From: Bacteroidota bacterium
GTDB taxonomy: Bacteria > Bacteroidota > Bacteroidia > Bacteroidales > JAAYUG01
DNA: 64,000 nucleotides
NCBI GenBank assembly: GCA_029571215.1
Contig: JAKPTE010000001.1
Location: forward strand, 42,684-106,683
Reading direction: 5' to 3'
Of this stretch, positions 28,203 through 38,825 are shown piece after piece (the stretch's first letter is position 1; every line of letters starts with the position of its first letter). A program made the translations under genes and the position numbers. The notes beneath the pieces are model-generated. The model was not told where the DNA came from and made no database searches. It was given only the letters and a program-made list of their open reading frames with translations.

Positions 28203-31079
28203 ATGAAGGCAGGTCATACGGTTAAGCAGATTGTATTGTTTCTGGGATTCCTGCAACTGATATTTCCTGAAGCAAAGGGGCAGTTTTATACAAGTGGTCA
28301 GGACCCTTCCGGAATCAAATGGATGCAGCTGAAGGGAAATCATTTCCGTCTGATGTATCCTATTTCTTTTTCAGCAGAAGCCAAACGTTTTGCTGTTTTA
28401 CTTGATACCTGCATTGAACCGGTTTCCCGGACAATGCCTTCAGCTACCAGAAAATTTCCTGTTGTAATTCACCCTTACAGCATTGAATCCAATGGATTTG
28501 TTATCTGGGCTCCCTGGCGTATGGAAATATTTCCCCTTCCTCCGCAGGATATTGACGCTGAGGATTGGCTGACACAACTGGCCATACATGAATACCGGCA
28601 CATTGTCCAGTTGCAGAAACTCAATCAGGGTTTCACCAGGGGTTTGGGTATTCTGGCCGGAGAACAAGGGCCGGGAGCCGTTTCAGGACTGATTCCGCGC
28701 TGGTTTCTTGAGGGGGATGCCGTCAATACTGAAACTACATTGGGTATTGGAAAGCGGGGTCAGCTGCCCTCTTTTCATATGGAACTGAGAACACTGCTTC
28801 TTTCGCAACCGGAACCATACCCTTTTCTGAAAGCCATGCTTGGCTCGTACAGGAATTTTGTTCCGGATTATTACCAATACGGCTACGGTATGGTTTCATG
28901 GACTGAAGAAAAATATCCGGCCGGAGTATTTCCGAAAGCTATTGATTTTACTGCACGCAGACCCTATCTGCTGTACCCTTTCGGAATCAGTCTGAAAAAA
29001 ACAACCGGTCTGAACCAGCCGGGGCTATACAAGAAAGCCATGCAGGATCTTCGGGATAAATGGAATCGACAGATGCCCATGCAGGCTTTTCCCGATAAAT
29101 ACATCTGGAACAAAAGAAAGAACAAAGATTATGTTACGTATCGTTTTCCGGTATTTTTCAATGATAGCACGGTGATTGCGTGCAAGTCGGGATTAGGGGA
29201 AGTGCCTTCTTTTATAAAGATTGTAAAAGGCGGGAAAGAAAAAAAGATTCTGCATTACGGAGCAGAAAATATGGTAAGGATCTCCGTTGCCAATAATCAA
29301 CTGGTCTGGACAGAAATCAAATCCGATATACGCTGGCAAAACCGCAGTTATTCGGTAATTAAAAGGTTGGATTTATCTACCGGAAAACAATACAGGGTTG
29401 CGAAAAAGTCACGCTATTTTGCACCAGTTTTGTCTGTTGATGCTGTTCAAATGGTTGTTGTGAGAATTACTCCGGAGAATGCAGTATCCCTGGTCATTTT
29501 GCAGACGAAGGACGGCAAGATACTAAAGGAAATTCCTTCACCAGGCAATGCAATGCTCATGGAGCCCTGCTGGCTTGGTAACAGCAATATAGGTGTGCTG
29601 TTACAGGAACAGGAAGGGAAAAGTATATGGAAGTACGATCTGGAAAGCAATACATGGTGTCGGATACTCCCGGCAACTACTGAAGAACTGGGAGATCTGT
29701 CCGGATTCTGGCCATGGCTCTTGTTCCGCGGAGGATTTACCGGCATCAGCAACATTTTCGCGCTGAACTGCCTCGATTCGTCTGTCTGGCAGGTAACCTC
29801 CGTTCGGTACGGAGCAGTCAGCCCTTCTGTTTCTGCTGACGGAAAACGGATAGTGTACAGTGACTACACGGCCAATGGTTATGACATCGCCGAAATACCC
29901 TTTGATACGGCTTTATGGAAGCGGTGGAATAGTCAAAGTCCTATACCAAATGCACCTTTGGCTGTCGGGCAATATCCTGTGTCACAAAAACATGCTTTTT
30001 CCGGTTCGAACGCCGGGTCATTTACCGAAACACCCTACAGACGGTGGCTTCATCTTTTCAGTATCCACAGTTGGCTCCCATTTTATGCCGATTATGACCT
30101 TCTGCAGCAGGGAGACCCTGCATTAGGATTGGGGTTTATATTACTTGGTCAGGATCTTCTGAATACTTCTTTTTTGTCATTTGGGAACGACTGGTCGAAG
30201 GGGTATCCTATATGGAAAGGCACCTGGACTTATGCTGGCCTTTACCCGGTACTCAGAATTCAGGCTGAACAGGGAGGTCAGCCGCTGGTTTACAAGGCAG
30301 GAGCTAATGCTCTGCCAGCTCTGGAAAAAGATCATTTCAGGATCAGCACCCGTATGTCTTTTCCACTCAATCTTACTAACGGTGCCTGGTTGCAATACAT
30401 GCATCCCTCTGTGGAATGGGAGTACAAAAATGACTGGTTCTATAAACCGGATCAGGCAACCTTTATCCGTGGCATTCATTATTTTAATGTCAATCTTTAT
30501 GGCTATCGTTATCTTCGTCTTGCCCCCCGTGACATAAGTCCTCGGTTCGGGCAGATTGCGGAACTAAATTTGAATTTTTCTCCTTTCAGCTCAGACGAGA
30601 TAGGCCCGTTACTTTACGGAAAATTCGGAATTTTTCTTCCCGGAATAGGGAAACACCATTCCACTTTCGTCAACTATTGGTTTTTGAATCAGTTTTATAC
30701 CAAAAGCCGCTACCTGTATTCATCAGGAGGTTTTTTCCCCCGTGGATACATCCCTGCCGTATCTGCCGAGATGCACAAATGGAGCATTGATTACCGTTTT
30801 CCCCTTTGGTATCCTGACTGGCATGTCCAAACGCTCTTTTACTTAAAACGGATAAGAGCAGATATGTTTTCCGATTATGCCACCGGAAACATTCTCAGCG
30901 ATAACCGGCAGGCATTCAACAAAAAGGAGTTTTTTTCCTGCGGAGCAACCTTGTACACCGATTTTCATCTTTTCCGCATTATTTTTCCGTTCTCGCTGGG
31001 CTTACGAATTCTCTATATTCCGGAATTCAATACCTTCCAGTTTGCCCATCTGATCAATATTGATCTTACGGATTTTTAG
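28203..31079 (+). CDS. Outer-membrane protein: zincin-like domain + TolB-like propeller + C-terminal beta-barrel
   Basis: Signal peptide; HEYRH...WFLEGDAV; PSVSADGKRIVYS repeats; amphipathic strands; terminal Phe. Confidence 0.7.
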   Translation: MKAGHTVKQIVLFLGFLQLIFPEAKGQFYTSGQDPSGIKWMQLKGNHFRLMYPISFSAEAKRFAVLLDTCIEPVSRTMPSATRKFPVVIHPYSIESNGFVIWAPWRMEIFPLPPQDIDAEDWLTQLAIHEYRHIVQLQKLNQGFTRGLGILAGEQGPGAVSGLIPRWFLEGDAVNTETTLGIGKRGQLPSFHMELRTLLLSQPEPYPFLKAMLGSYRNFVPDYYQYGYGMVSWTEEKYPAGVFPKAIDFTARRPYLLYPFGISLKKTTGLNQPGLYKKAMQDLRDKWNRQMPMQAFPDKYIWNKRKNKDYVTYRFPVFFNDSTVIACKSGLGEVPSFIKIVKGGKEKKILHYGAENMVRISVANNQLVWTEIKSDIRWQNRSYSVIKRLDLSTGKQYRVAKKSRYFAPVLSVDAVQMVVVRITPENAVSLVILQTKDGKILKEIPSPGNAMLMEPCWLGNSNIGVLLQEQEGKSIWKYDLESNTWCRILPATTEELGDLSGFWPWLLFRGGFTGISNIFALNCLDSSVWQVTSVRYGAVSPSVSADGKRIVYSDYTANGYDIAEIPFDTALWKRWNSQSPIPNAPLAVGQYPVSQKHAFSGSNAGSFTETPYRRWLHLFSIHSWLPFYADYDLLQQGDPALGLGFILLGQDLLNTSFLSFGNDWSKGYPIWKGTWTYAGLYPVLRIQAEQGGQPLVYKAGANALPALEKDHFRISTRMSFPLNLTNGAWLQYMHPSVEWEYKNDWFYKPDQATFIRGIHYFNVNLYGYRYLRLAPRDISPRFGQIAELNLNFSPFSSDEIGPLLYGKFGIFLPGIGKHHSTFVNYWFLNQFYTKSRYLYSSGGFFPRGYIPAVSAEMHKWSIDYRFPLWYPDWHVQTLFYLKRIRADMFSDYATGNILSDNRQAFNKKEFFSCGATLYTDFHLFRIIFPFSLGLRILYIPEFNTFQFAHLINIDLTDF

Positions 31080-31150
31080 ATTCAGAAACCAATAACACCG
31101 CCCCGATCCGATAAAAAAACGCTTCCACTTTAAACTTAAGGAAACCTTAG

Positions 31151-31158
31151 TAATTTTG
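31151..31158 (+). promoter_or_regulatory. -7 promoter element (TAATTTTG)
   Basis: Exact TAnnTTTG 11 nt upstream of the ATG. Confidence 0.6.
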
Positions 31159-31169
31159 CACAGTTACCA

Positions 31170-31973
31170 ATGACAAGGAATGTGTTTTCCAAAATCCTGC
31201 ATATTATCAACAGAATAAACAGGTTCTTTTCAGCGTTTTTACGGCTCAATATAACCGGTTTGCTGGGAACCATTGCCTTCCACCTGCTTGTGTTGTTTGT
31301 TTTTCTGAGTACCAGGATCATTACGCGGACCAATTATCCACCCAAAGAAATAATGATTGAATTTCCTGAAGAATTAAAAACGGAAGAAATCGAAAAACTC
31401 GAACAAATAAAAATGGCACAGCCTGAAGTGGAAAAAATGGCCGATAGGTACATCGGGCGTAATATAGCAGTGGATGCAACGGAAAAAGTGAAGGAAGAAG
31501 TAAGCACCGAGAAATATATTCAAGAGCTGGAACAAAAGATGGATTTGCCCGGATTCAAGGCGTTACAGAGTTCTTCTCCAACGGAAATGAATCAGAACAA
31601 TGATGTAACTGACACCCGCAACGATGCAGGGTTTCAGGTGCAACAGCAGCAACCGCCAAAAAAGAATGAGGAAAAGATTTACAGAGGCCCTACAACCATC
31701 ATGTTTGAATTTGAGAAACCAAAGAGGAAACAGAGATTCATTCCTGTACCCGTTTATAAATGTGAAGGACAGGGTTTGGTGGAAACAGAGATTTATGTGG
31801 ATCAGCAGGGTAATGTTATTTCAGCCCGCGTTATTGCGGAAAAATCGACCACAGCCGATGAGTGTCTTTTTGATGCGGCGGTAAAATACGCTCTGCGAAG
31901 CAAATTTAATGCTGATCCTACTGCGCCTCCCAGACAGAAAGGGAAAATCTGGTACCAATTTATTGCCCAATAA
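31170..31973 (+). CDS. TonB-like protein (TonB C-terminal domain)
   Basis: N-terminal TM with GTIAFHL; C-terminal PVYKCEGQGLVETEIYVDQQGNV...QKGKIWYQF. Confidence 0.8.
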   Translation: MTRNVFSKILHIINRINRFFSAFLRLNITGLLGTIAFHLLVLFVFLSTRIITRTNYPPKEIMIEFPEELKTEEIEKLEQIKMAQPEVEKMADRYIGRNIAVDATEKVKEEVSTEKYIQELEQKMDLPGFKALQSSSPTEMNQNNDVTDTRNDAGFQVQQQQPPKKNEEKIYRGPTTIMFEFEKPKRKQRFIPVPVYKCEGQGLVETEIYVDQQGNVISARVIAEKSTTADECLFDAAVKYALRSKFNADPTAPPRQKGKIWYQFIAQ

Positions 31974-32146
31974 TGAACCCCCTAGCTTTTCATCCTGCCA
32001 AAATATTTTCCCGCAGCAAACATGCTGCTTCAGGAACTTTCGGAGATAATAACAGGAATTTCAGACCTTTTTTCTGCTTTCATGGAATGCCCCAATGTTT
32101 TTCCGGCAACATAAAACTGGTTGCAGGTCAGAGAAGGCTTGCTCCG

Positions 32147-35100
32147 ATGCTATTTCTATATGTGGTTCTTTACCTTCTTTTCTCGGTTACGGTTGATGGG
32201 CGGAGTCTACAGGAAATTAAACGCAGCGGAAAGCTCTACATCGGTTTCACACAATGGGATTATTCGAACATTAATTATCCTCTGGCTCTTGAATTTGCCC
32301 GTTATCTCAATGTCAAACCTGTTGAGGTTACCATCGACTGGAATGAAGTTTTCAGCAAGCACGGAAAGATTCCTTCCGATCTTGAAACAAATCCTTCCAT
32401 CAGTTATACGCCGGATGCATTTGACAAGGTTGATATTGTATGCAGTACGTTTTCGATCCTGGAATGGAGGCAAAAACTTTTCGATTTTGCTCGTACACTA
32501 TATTCGGCCGAGCTGTTACTTGTTGGAACCGACGGGAATGTTCCCGAGAATTATCAGGATCTTTCCGGCAAAAAAATTGCCTTTATGAAAGGCACGAGTT
32601 ATGAGACCCACATGCAGGAAATAAATCAGGAAACCGGAAATTCAATACAGTTGCTGCCCGTCAAAACAACCGATGAATCAAAGGATTTGCTTCTTAAAAG
32701 GAAAGTATTCGGGATAATTCTGGATGCCGATGAAGCTTTACAATTTTTCAGCGAGAATCGGGAAAGGGTCCGGATAGCTTTTCCGGTGAGTCCTATATCA
32801 CGGAGCGCATGGGCTGTAGAAAAAAACAGCGATCTACGTTTTGAAGTGGAGGATTTTTTTGAAGCAATTGCCGAAAACGGAGTTCTCGACAGAATATTTT
32901 CCGGGAAGTTTCATATCAGGTACACATCCTATGTTGCCCAACTGCGAAAAACAGCCCGGCCGAAATATATCCATCGTGACCTGGACCAGATAATTGCTGC
33001 CAAGGAACTCATTGTTGCGTTCAGGGAAAGGAATTTTGTGTTTCATGAAGGCGAAAACAAGCAATTTATGTACGCCCTCGCCGAAGAATTTGCTGATTAT
33101 TTAGGGGTGAGGCTGGATTATGTTATTACACCAAATTCCTCGAAATACTTTGAGAACAAAGAAGGTAAAATTGTCAAAGACAGTTCTTACACACCTGACT
33201 GGTTCAACTGTTTTGACCTAGCCTGTGACATTTTTGTACCGGTTTACTGGCGGACAAATAAGGTGGATCTGGTACCTCTTTTCCCTGGTGAATATTCACT
33301 CGTAGCGAGGAAAAAAACACATATTTCAAATGTAAATGATTTACTGGAGCTTAAGGGTGTGGTAGCGAAAGGTACTATTTATGAAGATATGCTGCTGGGA
33401 AAAGGATGCAAGAATCTTTTGTATACTGATGTGGATCATTTTCTTGAAGCGGTTCATGAAGGGAAGGCTGATTATACCATCATTCTAAATGCATTCTTTG
33501 AACTTTCAGAATACCCTGATCTGGAAATCAAATTTCCGATGGGCGAAACGGAAATCTGCTGGGCTGTAAGAAAAGATCAACCTCTTCTGAAAAAATCCCT
33601 TCAGCATTTTATTGCAGAATCAAACAGAAATGGGCTGTTGAAAGTTCTTCAGGAATCCCTGCATGCCGAGTACAGATTTTCCACGGAGGCGATCATGGAT
33701 AATTACTATGAGTCGTTTCAGGCGGGGCAGTTTCCCTATGTTTTGTATGGGACAGAAGACGGGTTACCACAGGAAGATGTTTTATCCATAATACAGGATA
33801 GGCGCGGGTATATGTGGTTTGGAACCAATGCAGGTGCGGCCAGGTATAACGGACGTGAAATGCAGGTATATGACCGGCGCAACGGGCTTCCGGGAAATGC
33901 TGTTAACGGGATGGCAATCGATTCCTCAGGAACCCTGTATTTTGCTACTTCAAGGGGTATTGCTGTAATGGCAGGAGAAAAGATACAAAAGGTCTTACTG
34001 GAAGGTGAACCATTTACCGGTGTGTATATCGATTCCTTTCAAAACAAATGGTTCCTTGGCAATACGGCTCTCCATTCGTTGAATGCTAGCGGTACTTTGG
34101 TCAGCTATGCCGGAAGTATTCCCATAGTTAGTGATATGGGGTGTATCCCGAAAACCCGCCAGTATTTTTTTGCAACCAGTGAAGGAGTTTTTTTACTGAA
34201 TCCGGAAGGCAGTTTTATCCGACTAACCAGGGAACCATGCCTGTCTCTGCTGATTGACCCAAACGAAAATGTGTGGTATTCCACCACCGGGGGATTATTT
34301 GTCATTCCGGCTTCTGATCTGGCTGAAGGGAAGTTTAGTCAGCGTCGTCAGCTGAATGAAACATTGGGTTTGTCAGGAGGCTTTATTAAAAAAATTCTCG
34401 CTTCACGTTACGGGGGAATCTGGCTTCTTTCCGACTACCGGTTTTATCAGGTCTTTTCTGATCATCAACGGGCTAAATTATTTGAACAGGAAATCGGATT
34501 GAAGAACAACACCATTCTTTCGCTGTATGAGGATACGGAAGATAATCTGTGGATTGGATTCAGCGGCGGGTTGCAACGGATGTCAAACAAAAAAGGATTA
34601 CGGAATTTTTATCCGAATATTATAAACAGTTATGTGTACTCTGTTACCCAGGACCAACAAGGATCCATATGGATAGCTTCCAACAACGGAGTGTTTTGTT
34701 ATGACGGCCGGCTCACCGATTTTGGAAAGAAATTGGGATTTGCCCCAGGCAGGGCTGTTTTAGGCAAATACCCTGATGGAAGAATTATCATTGCAACGGC
34801 AGAAAATCTGTACCTGCTGAATCCGGTTTCAGGAAACGTTGTTAAGACATTTTCTTTTCATCAGCCGCTTCTCCGGCTGGAAAGAATGTTTATCAGCTCA
34901 AAGGGAGAAATATTCCTGCTAACCGGTTCCGAAGGGAAAGTTTATTATCTGCGCCATCCGGGTGATCCTGTAGTTACCTATGAAAGCCGTGCCACATCAA
35001 ATATTCATACACTTATCGAAGCAGAAGGCAAAATTTATGGCGGAAACCGGAATGGTATCGTTGAATTTGGAAGCTATGGGTTCCGGCTTGTTAAAGATAT

Positions 35101-36757
35101 TGGCCATGCCACCTGGTCGGTATGTTATGATGATGGTAAATTCTGGATAGGAACGGATAACGGGCTTTATGTCATGCAGAACAATGAGCTTCAGAAAGTA
35201 CCCTATTCCAATCAGACAGATGTGGTCATCAAATCAATCATGCCGGCCAAAAACAAAGCATACCTGTGGTTGGGAACAAACAAAGGTTTTGTTTACCTGA
35301 ACAAGCTCACTCTGAGGGAAGAACTCAGTATGTCGACCAAGGATGGTTTACTTGGAGGAGAAATTACCACCGGAGGGCTTTTTGTTGATGCTTCCGGTAT
35401 CTTATGGATAAGTACCTACCACGGATTATCAAATTTTAATTTGCGGGCAGCATCGATTCAACCTTATGCACCAATCTGCTATCTGGAAAAGATTTTCCTG
35501 AACGGGAAAGAAATCAAACCCGAAAATCATAGAAAATTCAAGAGAAAAGAAAACAATCTTGTATTTGAAATATCAGCTCTCACATTTTCGGATGAAGGTT
35601 CAGTGGAGTATGAATTTTATCTGCGGGGTCTGGAAAACGACTATTCATCGTACAACAAGGGAATGGACTACAAAGCCGTTTATACAAATCTTCCTCCGGG
35701 CCGATACGAATTTGTTTACAAGGCACGGGGAAAAAACGGAATCTGGGGGTATTCACAGAAGTACAGTTTCCTGATACGAAAAGCCTGGTATGAAACCTGG
35801 ATCTTCAAAATAGGTCTTTTTATCCTGCTGATTACCGTGTTTTTTCTGATTAACCATTGGCGGATACGCAGAATACAAAAGCAGAAAGAAATACTCGAGA
35901 AACTGGTCAGAGAACGGACAAAAGAATTGGAAGAAGCAAAGGAAGAAATTGAAATGCAGAGGGATCTTGCTGAACGTCAGAGGGATCAGATTTATCAGCA
36001 GAAAAAGGAAATCCTTGACAGCATTCAATATGCAGCTCAGATTCAGCAGGCCATCCTTCCTTCCGTCGATGATCTGAACCGGATTCTTCCGGATCATTTT
36101 ATTTTTTTCCGTCCTAAAGATGTTGTTAGCGGCGATTTTTACTGGGCTGCACAAAAAAACGGGCGGCTCATTATTACAGCAGCCGATTCGACAGGACACG
36201 GCGTTCCCGGAGCGTTCATGAGTTTTCTTGGTATTACTTTTCTCAATGAAGCTGTGGGGAAGAATGATGATATCACACCCGCTCTCCTGCTGGACAATAT
36301 GCGCAATAATATTATAAGAATTCTTGGGCAGAAAGGAGCCGAAGCAGAGCATAAAGACGGCATTGACATGGGTTTATGTATATTAGATCCTGTGACCAGG
36401 AAAGGTGAATTTGCGGGTGCCAATCATAACCTGCTGATCATACGGAAAGGTGAACTTATAGAGATTAAAGGAGATAAAATGCCAATCGGAATTCACCGGA
36501 ATATGATGCCATTCACAAATCATCTGCTGACGCTGGAGGCCAATGATATGCTTTATTTGTTTTCTGACGGTTATTCTGACCAGTTTGGCGGGCCATCAGG
36601 CAAAAAAATGCTGCGAAAAACCTTTAAGGAGATTCTCTTGGAAATAAGTGCCCTGCCAATGAGTCTTCAGTACGATATCCTGGAGGAACGTTTTCTTAAA
36701 TGGAAAAAGGATTTTGAGCAAACTGATGACGTTCTGGTTATAGGAGTACGCGTATGA
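32147..36757 (+). CDS. Membrane sensor phosphatase: 2x family-3 SBP + Reg_prop propeller + Y_Y_Y + TM + SpoIIE/PP2C
   Basis: RSLQEIKRSGKL and RDLDQII SBP starts; QDRRGYMWFGT repeats; YTNLPPGRYEF; VSGDFY, ADSTGHGVPGA, DGIDM, FSDGYSDQFGG, QTDDV. Start uncertain (31973 or 32147). Confidence 0.88.
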   Translation: MLFLYVVLYLLFSVTVDGRSLQEIKRSGKLYIGFTQWDYSNINYPLALEFARYLNVKPVEVTIDWNEVFSKHGKIPSDLETNPSISYTPDAFDKVDIVCSTFSILEWRQKLFDFARTLYSAELLLVGTDGNVPENYQDLSGKKIAFMKGTSYETHMQEINQETGNSIQLLPVKTTDESKDLLLKRKVFGIILDADEALQFFSENRERVRIAFPVSPISRSAWAVEKNSDLRFEVEDFFEAIAENGVLDRIFSGKFHIRYTSYVAQLRKTARPKYIHRDLDQIIAAKELIVAFRERNFVFHEGENKQFMYALAEEFADYLGVRLDYVITPNSSKYFENKEGKIVKDSSYTPDWFNCFDLACDIFVPVYWRTNKVDLVPLFPGEYSLVARKKTHISNVNDLLELKGVVAKGTIYEDMLLGKGCKNLLYTDVDHFLEAVHEGKADYTIILNAFFELSEYPDLEIKFPMGETEICWAVRKDQPLLKKSLQHFIAESNRNGLLKVLQESLHAEYRFSTEAIMDNYYESFQAGQFPYVLYGTEDGLPQEDVLSIIQDRRGYMWFGTNAGAARYNGREMQVYDRRNGLPGNAVNGMAIDSSGTLYFATSRGIAVMAGEKIQKVLLEGEPFTGVYIDSFQNKWFLGNTALHSLNASGTLVSYAGSIPIVSDMGCIPKTRQYFFATSEGVFLLNPEGSFIRLTREPCLSLLIDPNENVWYSTTGGLFVIPASDLAEGKFSQRRQLNETLGLSGGFIKKILASRYGGIWLLSDYRFYQVFSDHQRAKLFEQEIGLKNNTILSLYEDTEDNLWIGFSGGLQRMSNKKGLRNFYPNIINSYVYSVTQDQQGSIWIASNNGVFCYDGRLTDFGKKLGFAPGRAVLGKYPDGRIIIATAENLYLLNPVSGNVVKTFSFHQPLLRLERMFISSKGEIFLLTGSEGKVYYLRHPGDPVVTYESRATSNIHTLIEAEGKIYGGNRNGIVEFGSYGFRLVKDIGHATWSVCYDDGKFWIGTDNGLYVMQNNELQKVPYSNQTDVVIKSIMPAKNKAYLWLGTNKGFVYLNKLTLREELSMSTKDGLLGGEITTGGLFVDASGILWISTYHGLSNFNLRAASIQPYAPICYLEKIFLNGKEIKPENHRKFKRKENNLVFEISALTFSDEGSVEYEFYLRGLENDYSSYNKGMDYKAVYTNLPPGRYEFVYKARGKNGIWGYSQKYSFLIRKAWYETWIFKIGLFILLITVFFLINHWRIRRIQKQKEILEKLVRERTKELEEAKEEIEMQRDLAERQRDQIYQQKKEILDSIQYAAQIQQAILPSVDDLNRILPDHFIFFRPKDVVSGDFYWAAQKNGRLIITAADSTGHGVPGAFMSFLGITFLNEAVGKNDDITPALLLDNMRNNIIRILGQKGAEAEHKDGIDMGLCILDPVTRKGEFAGANHNLLIIRKGELIEIKGDKMPIGIHRNMMPFTNHLLTLEANDMLYLFSDGYSDQFGGPSGKKMLRKTFKEILLEISALPMSLQYDILEERFLKWKKDFEQTDDVLVIGVRV

Positions 36758-36840
36758 GAGCACATTTTTCGCGTTTCGGCATTCAGACCATACAATACTA
36801 ATCCCTGCACCTTTGGATGGAATCGTATTCCGGATGGAAC

Positions 36841-37695
36841 CTACTGTTTGATTTTCTTTGTCAGGATATTATCCAGGCTAACTATGTATTCAAGCGCTTT
36901 TTGTTCACCGAAAATCTTTTCAAATTCGTTCCGGAGGAATTCACGGATATCGGTTTCCCAATCAAGATATGATAAAGTTGAAATACGGCCGAGTTCTCTT
37001 TTCTCAAAAAATCGCTTCAGAATATTTACTTTGGTATGATAGGCAAGGTAAGCTTTGATGGACACGCGCAATTCGTTGGAAAGCATGTTCTCCAGCATTT
37101 TCAGTTCACTGGGAAGTATTTCAAAGGTGGTTTCATAGAAGGAACTGAATGAATTGTTCCAGTTGATAAAGTGTATAAAAAAGTTTGTCAGCCGGAACAA
37201 CTCTTTGTTTTCATCCTGATCAATGGTTTTCAGGAAGAGATTTTTCAGCTCATCCCGGTACCATTCCTTTATGCTTTCGTCAAGTATGTGTGTAATTTCA
37301 GTAGAATGTTTCTGGTATTCAACGCTGAAATTCGAAAGGGAAAAATCCTTATTGTGAAACGGATTGTGATACTTGATAATACGAATGATAACATTAATCT
37401 CATCATTCAAAAGATGCCAGAGGGGAAAAAGCTTCTGCTTATGGATCAACTTCAGCCAGGTTTCACTGAAATATCCTTCCAGAAACAGATTTTTGAGTTC
37501 CGGGTTATTATGGGTGATGCGTTCAATATCACTTCGGTATATTTTCAGATGCTCATTGATGCGGCTTTTGATCTGTGCCTTTTTCCCGGTAACTATGATT
37601 TGAATATAAAGAGGAAAGAATTTCTCCTTCCCATAAAACTGAGGTTTGGCCCGAAGGTTTAAATAATGCTTTACCGTTATCTTTCTTGGTTCCAT
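36841..37695 (-). CDS. Hypothetical protein with Arm-DNA-binding-like N-terminus
   Basis: ITVKHYLN..FPLYIQIIVTGKKAQIKS resembles the N-termini of Bacteroidetes integrases; remainder helical. Confidence 0.6.
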   Translation of the reverse strand: MEPRKITVKHYLNLRAKPQFYGKEKFFPLYIQIIVTGKKAQIKSRINEHLKIYRSDIERITHNNPELKNLFLEGYFSETWLKLIHKQKLFPLWHLLNDEINVIIRIIKYHNPFHNKDFSLSNFSVEYQKHSTEITHILDESIKEWYRDELKNLFLKTIDQDENKELFRLTNFFIHFINWNNSFSSFYETTFEILPSELKMLENMLSNELRVSIKAYLAYHTKVNILKRFFEKRELGRISTLSYLDWETDIREFLRNEFEKIFGEQKALEYIVSLDNILTKKIKQ

Positions 37696-37805
37696 GCAAG
37701 CCTATGAAACTTCTAAATTACAAAAAAATCATTTGAAATAAAAACGGAACTTAAATACTTGTTTATTAGGAACATGATTTCTTATTATGTACATAAATAA
37801 ATTTC

Positions 37806-38822
37806 TTATTCTATGCAGTTCATGCAAATGTCCGGTGGGGCCGAATGGTTAAATACCTTTCGTCTAAATTGCCTTGCTTTATTTCCTTTCCAAAGTTCGT
37901 AAAAAGACGATTGGTTCAGATTCCCAAACGAGTAAACGGCATTTTTGTCGAAACAACAAGGCAACAGAAATCCATCCCAGGTTATTACAGGAGAAGCCCA
38001 CATGCGGTGGCATACATTATGAAAAGGGTGTTGTTTTTTTCCGGAATACCGTGACCATTTGCCACTGGCAGGTCTCACTCCTCCGGGACTGGATGGATTT
38101 AGGATCTGTGGTGTTTTAACAGAGAAAAGGTCGGCTCCCATTTGCTTTGCCAGTTTTTCTGCCTGCAGCATCTGATGCTGGTTGTGGTTGAATACCAGAA
38201 ACTGTATTACAATAAGGGGGTGATATACTTTTTTCTTTCGGCGAACCTGCACCAGTGTTCTGATGCCTTCTGCTACCTGACTAAAATTACCGTTCTTTCG
38301 GTAAGTTTCGTATGTTTTCTGGTCAATGCCATCGAGGGAAATGATAATTCTGTCAAGCCCGGCCTCGGTAATATCGCTGCTAATCTTTTGGGTAAGGAAA
38401 TGACCATTGGTTGAAATGCTTGTATACATTTTTTGCTGAGCGGCGAAAGATATCATTTCTATAAGAGATGGATTCAGAAAAGGCTCTCCCTGGAAATGCA
38501 GCTGAATCCATAATGACTTTTCTCGGGTTTGTTCAATAACTGAACGAAATAAACCAACATCCAGCAATCCTTTGGGTCTTAAAAGTCGGTTGGAACCTAT
38601 AAAGCATTCAGGGCATTTCAGGTTGCAGAGGGCTGATGATTCAACGGAAAAGGCAACCGGCATGCCGAGGTGAGTAAATTTGCCTGTTAGCTTCGACAAA
38701 CGGTAGGATCCTTCCAGAAGAATCCAGTTTCCAATCCGTGCAGGAGTGAGCAGGCGCAGGATCCTGAAAAGATCGGCATTGAAATGCTTCCAGGAAAGAA
38801 TATGCGTTCGGATAATTTTCAC
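37806..38822 (-). CDS. Radical SAM protein with SPASM/twitch domain
   Basis: CNLKCPEC, FQGEPF, STNG, ISLDG; C...PCCFD...CMNC; GTG start. Confidence 0.92.
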   Translation of the reverse strand: MKIIRTHILSWKHFNADLFRILRLLTPARIGNWILLEGSYRLSKLTGKFTHLGMPVAFSVESSALCNLKCPECFIGSNRLLRPKGLLDVGLFRSVIEQTREKSLWIQLHFQGEPFLNPSLIEMISFAAQQKMYTSISTNGHFLTQKISSDITEAGLDRIIISLDGIDQKTYETYRKNGNFSQVAEGIRTLVQVRRKKKVYHPLIVIQFLVFNHNQHQMLQAEKLAKQMGADLFSVKTPQILNPSSPGGVRPASGKWSRYSGKKQHPFHNVCHRMWASPVITWDGFLLPCCFDKNAVYSFGNLNQSSFYELWKGNKARQFRRKVFNHSAPPDICMNCIE

Positions 38823-38825
38823 CGG

